Position numbers and translations under genes: made by a program. The notes beneath the pieces were generated by a model. It ran no database searches. It saw only the letters and a program-made list of their open reading frames with translations, and was not told the origin of the DNA. A DNA stretch of 64,000 nucleotides, from NCBI GenBank assembly GCA_964016885.1, contig OZ024740.1, positions 329,902,001 to 329,966,000 on the forward strand. The letters are read 5' to 3'. Shown one piece after another: positions 54,235 through 64,000 of this stretch (its first letter is position 1; the number at the start of each line of letters is the position of its first letter). Origin of the DNA: Eledone cirrhosa. Lineage: Eukaryota.

Positions 54235-54450
54235 ATGTAGTATTAACATTTAGCTTCAAGATAGCATATACAAATTCCATATATCGACATAAATATAGGC
54301 AGTTATCACTTTTCGGCTACCATGAAGTCGCAGGCTTTTGCAATCAGTGTTTTCCCTCCCCTAGAAGGAAGTCCTAACACAACTTTATGAGTCTCCCACT
54401 TCTTGGGATTTAACCACGTGACCTGTCACCAAATCGATTATATCTGTCCC
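54235..54450 (+). repeat. Dispersed repeat; inverted copy at 56473-56684
   Basis: tgtagtattaacatttagcttcaa...ctagaaggaagtcctaac...atgagtctcccacttcttgggatttaacc...tcaccaaatcga matches the reverse complement of 56473-56684. Confidence 0.8.
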
Positions 54451-54457
54451 CCGCGTA

Positions 54458-54496
<39 letters not shown>

Positions 54497-54544
54497 TATA
54501 TATAATATATATATATATATATAATATATATATATATATAATAT

Positions 54545-54637
<93 letters not shown>

Positions 54638-54791
54638 TGTTATACTTTGGGAGGGTCATGTTGCCAATAAGAAACACACGTACCAGTCGCTTTCACTTCA
54701 ATTTATTATATATTTGTAAATTTACAAATCTACAAATTTATAAATTTTTGGTTGGTTGGTTGGTTCCACAACCAGATAGTTGTTTATATAT

Positions 54792-54836
54792 AGTCATAGT
54801 CCTTTCGTCACACACTCTGTGACCTCTTCAGTGACT
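54792..54836 (-). ncRNA. Minimal type I hammerhead ribozyme (family B)
   Basis: agtca-CTGAAGA-g-gtcaca/tgtgac-GAAA-ggac-TA-tgact. Confidence 0.8.
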
Positions 54837-54956
54837 GGGGATTCCTTTCTTTGTTTCTGTGCCTTTCCTTTCTTCTGTCCTACGCCATTTTGTTTCAAAA
54901 CAAAATGGCGTAGGATAGAAGAAAGGAAAGGCACAGAAACAAAGAAAGGAATCCCC

Positions 54957-55001
54957 AGTCACTGAAGAGGTCACATAGTGTGTGACGAAAGCACTATGAC
55001 T
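54957..55001 (+). ncRNA. Minimal type I hammerhead ribozyme (family B)
   Basis: agtca-CTGAAGA(54962-68)-g-gtcaca/tgtgac-GAAA(54987-90)-gcac-TA-tgact. Confidence 0.8.
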
Positions 55002-55231
55002 ATATATAAACAACTATCTGGTTGTGGAACCAACCAGCTAACCAGAAATTTATAAATTTGTAGATTTGTAAATTTATAAATTTATAAATATATAATAAAT
55101 TGAAGTGAAACAACTGGTGCGTGTGTTTCTTATTGGCAACATGACCCTCCCAAAGTATAACAATATCGGTTTCAACACACGATTTCAGATAAAGAATCTT
55201 GCTAAACAAATTCAGAAACGAAATATATATA

Positions 55232-55404
<173 letters not shown>

Positions 55405-55473
55405 TATGAAGAGAGAAGAAACATTTAGATATAATTAGTAATAAAATGTATCATACCTAAACTGTTCCTAAAT

Positions 55474-55561
55474 TCCTCGACTACGTAGTTTCGTGGCATA
55501 AACAAAAACAATATATCAAAGATATAGAGTCCTTGCGAGGTCTGCCGACTTATCAAGAGGA
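55474..55561 (-). ncRNA. Type I hammerhead ribozyme (family D), U3-A8 core, palindromic helix III
   Basis: Minus strand: tcctc-TTGATAA-gt(c)ggca...tgccac-GAAA-ctacgtag-TC-gagga. Confidence 0.78.
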
Positions 55562-55824
55562 TACCTCATTTTACTAGTCTCAAGAACGCGTCTACACGAC
55601 GTGAGAAAGAATCCCAAAAGGCGGAGGGGGAGATAGTCACGCGATATAACGGTCGAGAAACAGAGCTAAGCCTCTTATAACCACGAAGAAAATACCACGG
55701 AGGCGGAGGGGGTATTCATATCGAGGCCGTAGAAGAGGTAGTGAAGAAGGCGAGAAGTATGAGTAATGGAAGCTTTCCAGTTGTCCCCACACTTCAAAGA
55801 TTGCTCGACCAGAGGGAGTTATTA

Positions 55825-56305
<481 letters not shown>

Positions 56306-56392
56306 TGTGTGTTTGTGTGCGTGTGTGCGTGCGTGCGTGTGTGTGTGTCACCAAATCGAGTATATCTGTACCTCGCTTATATATATATATAT

Positions 56393-56452
56393 ATTAAAAT
56401 AACATATTAAAGTTTAAGCAAAGAATCGCTGCTTTCACCCTTAACGGGATCT
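56393..56452 (-). mobile_element. Penelope pLTR end fragment (partial family A hammerhead)
   Basis: Reverse complement of 3225-3283. Confidence 0.75.
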
Positions 56453-56678
56453 ATACAAATACATATTTACTCGGTGGACAGATATACTCGATTTGGTGAT
56501 AGGTTAAATCCCAAGAAGTGGGAGACTCATAAATTTTGTTAGGACTTCCTTCTAGGGAGGGAAAACACTGATTCGAAAAGCATGTCTGCGACTTCATAGC
56601 AGCCGAATAGTGATAACTGCTTATATGTATTTCAATACATGAAATTTGCATACAGCTATGTTGAAGCTAAATGTTAAT

Positions 56679-56757
<79 letters not shown>

Positions 56758-56759
56758 TT

Positions 56760-59085
56760 ATTTATTAAAATAACAGATTAAAGTTTAAGCAAATAATCGC
56801 TGCTTTCAGCCTCAGCGGGATCTTCTGAAGCTAAACAAATCAACTTGTGAACGCAGAAGTAAATATTTCAAAAAACGTTGCAACCGAAGGAAGAAAATAC
56901 TTTGGTTCGTGGAAACGTTTCCTGTCTAGAACGGATAAAAACGAAGATAATACGTCATTAATTGGAGCGGTGAAGACAATTACACGCAAAGGCAAAACCA
57001 CGTTTATGGTATAAATGAAGTCGTAGACTAATATTCTATTAGGTGGTTCGTGGAGACGTTCTCTGGCGATGAACGGAAAAGACGAAGTCAATACGTCAGT
57101 GGAGCGTTGAGACCAATTACACGCAAAGATAAATCCACGTATATGGTATAACTGAAGTCGTAGGCTAACATTCTATTAAGGAAACCGAATGATTCTCGGC
57201 TTCAGAGTTAAGAATAAAGTAAATAAATTACAGAGGTAATTGAAATTAAATATATATATGCACGCATTCATATACGTACATACACAAGCATACGCGAAAA
57301 TACCCGCAATGTGTATGCAAATACAAGCACGTACACAAAAAAACACGCACCCACATATAGAATCCACGCAACGCCTGTACCCGCACACATACGAACATAT
57401 ACACCAAATACACATAAGAATATATATTTAAAAAAATATATATATATGTGCGCGTGTGTGCGTGTATACGTATAATTATATAAACCTATATAAATATACA
57501 CACATAAATACGTATATAACGCACACACACATACCTACATGTAAATACACGTATGTACACAGACATACGTCAACCAAACACAAAGTACACATATACACGC
57601 ACCCTACATACGTACGAACCCGCATACTTACACAGACGCAGAACTCACGTATACACATAACCGTATGCACATTTACCAGTATATAATATATATGCCATAA
57701 CATATACGAGCAAATATACGTACGAGAAAGTAAACGTACCTACACAAAACATACAGGTAATAATACTTACCTATACAAATAAGTAATGGTATAAACATAA
57801 CATATACTTAGCTACCACATCAAGACGTAAATATCCGCGTATAGTTCGTACTATCCGTTAGGGTATATTGTGGGGCTGTAATACAGAAAGGTTTTGTGCA
57901 ATTTATGTTTACAAGCCGAAATTGCCTTAGATTTTTTGTTTAAGATGTGGCTTATGGCGTAGAGTATTTCCAGGGCCGGCACAGAAGTCACATGATACTT
58001 TCTTTCCGTTATACGATCTAGCCCCAGCTAGGATCTCCCAGTGTAACCTATATTGGGTGTGGTTGTCTTTTAGACTCCAGATATAAGTTGAAAGTGACGT
58101 TATATTCCTTCTTAAAGGGTTAAGAAAAGAATGGGTATGCATGTAAATACGCAGCTTGAATCTAATGGCGGTTAACCCTATGTAGGCCCTATGGGACGTG
58201 GGTGTTTCAACCTTACATTTGTAGACAATGTTACTAGAGAGACATTTCCCGGATGTGGGGCAGTCAACCCGATTCCTACAATTACAGTTAGTACTAGCTA
58301 CAGAGTTGCACGTGTTCCGACGGCTAGCTAATATAGCTAAACTTGAAGCTGTGATGTTATGTGCAAATATAGGAGTCGTAGAGTAAGACATTTTAATGGT
58401 ATTTCTATTAAAAATGTTACTATATTTATGTGCTGGGGGAAATGCTTCATAATAGGGGAGAGAAAGATCTTAGCTACAGGTGTGGCCACCTCCATATTAT
58501 ATGGTGTGTTATACCATATAATGCGTCGGGATCTATTTTTCCTAGGTCTATTCTCGTACTCTGTGTATGCTACCTTATTGACAAATCCACTCAGAGCGAG
58601 AGCTTCATTGTAATATGTGGAGTGGTTGTTGAAAATATGCACGTTTGTATATAGACGCGAAAGCCTCAAAGAAACATTTCTTACCTTGTTCTTGGTTATG
58701 CTGTTAGGATGGTTAGAATGCTTACTTATGAAATTAAGCGTATCATTCGCCTTTCTATACGGATAGTGAAAGCCATTCGACAAATTGTGGGTAACTTCGA
58801 GGTAATTAACGACTGAGAGGTTGGCTTCAACCTGTAAGGAGAGGTTGAACCCTTTAAAAAAGGCTGTGAGTCCTTTTCTGAACCTGTCGCAAGCACGAGG
58901 TCCGCACTTTGTCATGGTCAAAAGACCCTCATCACGGTACAAACCACCGCCCACGTTGGGGAATTCGTCCTTGATAGAGAAAAGAAGGAAAAGGCCGATA
59001 AGATAACCTCCGCAGAATCGCTGAACCCGGTAAGAAACGTTTCTTTGAGGCTTTCCCGTCTATCTACAAACGTGCATATTTTCGC
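56760..59085 (-). mobile_element. Second, diverged Penelope-like element, 5'-truncated with a short 5' inversion
   Basis: GGGLYRDEGL..NYLEVT..PYRK..SNHP RT/thumb and NIVYKC..AYIGLT GIY-YIG; pLTR with family A motif at ~56774-56847; 59030-59083 is an inverted copy of ~58632-58686. Confidence 0.9.
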
Positions 59086-59876
59086 GTGTGCTTTCTCAAT
59101 TTGACACACGTTCGAGTAGAAAAAGATTGCCTTTCATCTATTCCGAATGAAGAAAGAATTAGTTATATACATTGATCTGGAAAATTGTATATCCGATTCC
59201 CAATAATTCTTTGTCTGGATTTATGAATGTTATGAAAGATGTTTTGTCATAATTATTTTAATGTTCGTAGACTTATAAATCTTTTTCCTATTTTGTCTGA
59301 AGTATGAAGCACATACCCTATGCATTGTTTACATGCAGCAATATTGTTAGTTCGAGGGCATCGTATTGGACGTATGATACAATGAAATGCGTCATGTTTA
59401 TCTAGTTTGTGTGTGGATATAAATTGTAGCATGGTGTAATCGTTTCCTGGGAAAATCACATTGGTTTTATTCCTTATCACTATATCTTTGCAGTATCTCT
59501 TCTCACATTTCGATATTTGAATAGTTCCTTTAATCCATTTAATGATAAATTATAATCTGTTGAATCTGATGCTTAGGACAAGAAGCGTTTCATTGTTTGT
59601 TGTCCCTGACAATTAATAACCGGTCAGTTCGCCTTAATCTACTGTCTGCATGTCTTGGCATATATCAAAGATTAGTCTCTTTGCTATATTTTAAGACGAG
59701 TACTGATGCATATTTATGCCTTTTATTTTCTGCCGATATAAACGCTGGCATAATTTCAATGTAGAAAACCACGAAGTCTGTCATGCATGTATGTGTATTC
59801 CGTCTTGTTTATGGCTAGACAACCAGAAACGATGTGATTTATTTCTTCTTTCACCCCACATGATCTTCGGTTATGT

Positions 59877-59957
59877 ATCATATTCTACTTCATGACTGTT
59901 GAGATTCCTTTTCATCATCATATTCTACTTCATGACTGTTGAGATTATTTTTCATCA
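59877..59957 (+). repeat. 40-bp tandem duplication
   Basis: atcatattctacttcatgactgttgagatt..ttttcatc occurs twice. Confidence 0.85.
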
Positions 59958-62072
59958 ATAACAAATCATAAATGTTCACATTGTGTTCGGTAATTCTCAG
60001 TTAGACCCATATTGTCGCATTATATATATATCGTTCTTCTTAAGTAATTGCAGATAGTTTCCTTTCCCAGTGACCTTATCATGAAATTCCGTAAGCCAGT
60101 TATCGTTGATTTGTGTGTATTAGTGTGTATTTCGCTGTCTTTTTTTATTTCTTGTTTTTCACTTTGCAAATATATTTTCACCGATTCTGTTTCATGTGAT
60201 AGTTTCCTTTAAACATCTTTTTGTATTGCTCATTTTATGTAGCCATTTGTAACACTATGCATTTTATTTACTACATAGTTTATTATATTATCAGAAGACA
60301 ATGCATCTTTGTATTTTCTCATTGCAAGTTTTATTTGACACATGTCGCTAAACGAAATTTCATAATATTCTTGTATTGGTTGAATATGTTAATATAAGCG
60401 TTCATAAAATCTGCCGAGCGATTCATCTATCTAGCAGAGCTGACGAATTTTCCCGTCATTTTAAACCTTGCCTATCGGCCATTGAATAGAAGTCCTTAAA
60501 AACAAAAACAGGACGTGTTTATGCATTTTCTAAATGAATTGTCCCTATGTACGTGCCTCTACAGAGTTACTGTTTCCTCAATCATGCACCACTATACAAG
60601 TTCAATATTTCTACAGGTTCCACGTCCCGAAATGTATGCCAATAAATTTTCGTTGTCACTTCTCCCCTTTAATCGTGCATTGTTCTGACATTTTAGGATC
60701 TTGTTGATATTCTTGAAGTAATTTGTTTTCAGGAAGCTATATATTATTTACAGTAGGATTACTGAAGGGAAAATGCTGAAAGCTGCTTCAGTGCCTGTAG
60801 GTTATCTTATTATTAAGTGGTTTAGAAATGCGTAGTCCCAATTATTGTCTAATGTATATTTCAGGAGGTTATTATATATGTTTCCTAGCACTTTATGACT
60901 GCATGTTGAATATTTCAAAATGGTGATTTGGTTTTATCACTTCCACATACTATTCACATTCTAATGCATTTTTGGCTTCTCTTTTACATGTTTAAGACGT
61001 TAACTTCATCTGGCTATTTAAGTGCTGCATATTTTATGTACAAGCCTCTGTTACAATATAATCCATCACTGCCTAATGGCGTTGTTATACGTGCTGTATT
61101 TACATTGCTTTCTCATTATGTCCTACATGTTTTATGTTAACATCGGTTGGGGTATAATATAAGTTTTCATTTACCTCAAACAATATTGTTTTTAATTTCA
61201 TACGAACATATCCTTCGCAAAGTTCACTATTTCACTTCATGTGTTTGATGAGGTAAATCAAAGAATAATCAGCATCTATTTTGTTTTTGTAAGATATGTA
61301 TTAATTCCATTACTGATCCAGATATATTTAATTTAATTTCATATATCTCCTCTCACTGTTTCTTTACCACGAGTTATAAGATCTGAAAATAGTTCGAACA
61401 TGTGCTGTTTTCGCCGTTTACATAGCTGTATTGCATGTGCCTTTTTATGTTCCTTGACGTTATTACTTATATATATTTGTATTTAATTGTTTAATGCATA
61501 TATGTTATAACTTGTGCTTTAAAAATCATTATTATTTTGTGATACTTTCGAGCACAATTATTTTTTACATGATAATAACAGTGGATACTGTGGTAGAAAC
61601 ACATTACTCTTCTGGCTATGTATGCTTTATTTGTTGTAATTTGTGTGCTACATTACTGTGGGTGCGTTCAAGATAGCACCTCAATCGCTCATTAGCTCTA
61701 ATAAGCGAGGTCAGTGTGTATGTTAACCTGTTTTAATTGTTGTTTTCTTTTTACACTCGACAGAAATATTCAGTAATTTTGCTTTATAAATTGCTTTCAT
61801 TCTTTACGCCAGTTATTATTTTCAATACGGAAAATACATCATACTGTTGCCTACTGCTTCTCCGTTGAACTTATACTAACTTGAACATCACGTAACCATT
61901 TGCTATTTAGTGACTTTTGAGTATAACAATCAGAGGACCAAACACATGATATTGTGACATACAATATACGTTTGTTTTAGAACGTAAATTAAAGCAACAC
62001 ATTGAAAATATGAGAAAGTGTAATTTGTATAATCAAAATACAGTTCATTTAAGAAAGAGGCAAATATAAATC

Positions 62073-62166
<94 letters not shown>

Positions 62167-64000
62167 GGTGTCATAAATAATTTCTTTCTCTGTAAATTTT
62201 AGTTGAAAGATAAGATAATCTATTATACCCGACGTCTATCAATTGCCATGTGTTATAACTACAAATTATAATCTGTTCTTATCTGCAGTTTTTAAATTTA
62301 GAAATCTTGAAGAAAAACACTATAGTTTATATACTACATATTCTATTACTTTGGCAAAATATAGTGCTAGATTTATTTCTAAACAGTAAACCGACTGCAA
62401 AATCGATAAACAATAAAACCGATCTGTTTAAGTTAGATGTGTTACTTTAATACGTCTATTGTCATTTCTTTCTCAAAAACAATATCAACATTGGTCTTGT
62501 CAAAAGATATCTTTATGAAACACTTTGAGAAGAAAACTGGCAAACCCTCAACTTTTCGAAATCTAGACTGGTTTATAATCTACTTTCGTGTATTATAAGA
62601 CAATGGAATTTGTATACTTTATTTATTGTTTCTTTATGTAGACACTTTGCTGTGATTTCATTTCTCTAAAGTTCCTTTAGTTTTATATAATTCGTGATAT
62701 TGATTGTCTTTTAATGTCATCAATGCATTTCAGATTGCACATCGAAATTGAATAGAACTAACTATTATCCAATTAACTTGGGATTTGGTAACCTAGGAGT
62801 ATATAAAGATAAAATGATTTGCATGATATGAAATATTTCGTACTCGAATAAATGCATGTAAACCAGGAATTAAAAATGTTTAATTTGTGTTTATCTTTAA
62901 ATATATTTCCACACGCTATTCCATTTATATGTTGCTGTGACGCAAGTATATAGTCATACTATAGAATTTACCTGACAGCTTTTAGCACATTTGTAAAACA
63001 CAAAAAGGAACATAAGTTTCATCCACATATAACCAACATTTTCATTATCAATAAATTGTTAGTGATAAAATAAAATGATCCTTTCAAACACACTCCACTC
63101 TCAGTTAACTTATACAAATGCATTTCGTGGACAAATGCATTTCGTGGTTAATTGTAAAATATGTGGGTGGATAACTGCATAAATACAGATGGGGTGCGCA
63201 GCAATAACAGGTCGAAATATTTGGATATATTATTCCTTAATGAGATGTGAGGATCTTTAAGAAAGAGAGATGTATATTTTGACTGTTTGACATTAAAAAA
63301 AGAAGCTTTTGTCAGATAGATCATTACTACGTAAGATGTTGTCATACCATTCCGCTTGTAATCAGTTCGCTCAAGTTTGGGAGTTGGAGACAAGCTTGCT
63401 TTATAAACGTGGCTTCTATTTTCCAATGTGTGCATATAAACAATAGAATTCACTGAGAGTTTTTGTTTTCTATCCCTTATAATTTTGACAAAGAAAGTGA
63501 AATTTTTGCTATTGAAACAAATATTGCTTTATCTGAGATATCATAATCCACATCTATCAATTTTTTGAATATTATATTTTTTGTTGTTGTATTTTCTCAT
63601 TTCGCATCTTAGACATATAAACTTGATTTTTGTATACCATTTTCTTCTAAAATAGTTTGAATTACTGTAAGACATCCTTACGTACATTTTAATATACAAC
63701 GATCATGTTTTAATTAAGTCAAATATGATTTTATATAGCTATTGTTTTCCCTATGCGTAAAACATAATTTCTGATCAATGTGTACATTTGGTGATTTCCG
63801 ATACGCTATCCATTTCCCAAACAACAACTGAAAGAACCCAAATAAATACAGCTATTACCTATGCCAATAATATACATAAACGTATTTGAAATGTAAAAGG
63901 CCTTCAAATATAAAACAAGGAAAATTAATTTGAAAATTGTAGTTTCGTTACTTATATAAACTTTCTGGGAATATTCCACGCAAAACTCTATCATTCAAAA

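Larger units (their letters stand above)
54636..55225. mobile_element. Head-to-head inverted pair of family B elements between (TA)n tracts
   Basis: 54636-54895 is the reverse complement of ~54898-55164; homologous to 150-472. Confidence 0.85.

Noticed and set aside
59090-64000. Possible host exons or decayed transposase in AT-rich unique DNA (also 49600-53500 and 32000-37000)
   Set aside because: No recognisable protein motif or consistent exon chain by eye; small exons cannot be excluded without RNA-seq or BLASTx.

Overview
AT-rich, microsatellite-rich animal genomic DNA, most likely an octopod cephalopod (inferred from a tRNA-derived SINE resembling the octopus SINE family). No host protein-coding gene could be supported; the window is mainly retroelements. 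It holds a near full-length but disrupted Penelope-like element (RT + GIY-YIG, tandem and inverted pseudo-LTRs) and a second diverged copy, six R4/Dong-type restriction-like-endonuclease LINE copies (five next to (TAA)n), CRE, RTE and Tx1/L1 fragments, a non-autonomous LTR element, a non-autonomous Helitron and SINEs. The main finding, from manual folding, is at least four unrelated families of type I hammerhead ribozyme motifs. One lies in a non-coding 558-bp tandem/inverted array (9291-11920) in which each full unit carries an unusually large hammerhead motif with a U3-A8 core, making it a candidate new retrozyme that could yield ~558-nt circular RNAs. The others are a CAGAAGA-core variant in the Penelope pLTRs, a minimal hammerhead in a head-to-head pair, and a U3-A8 hammerhead with a palindromic helix III. 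All structures were derived by eye and are untested.
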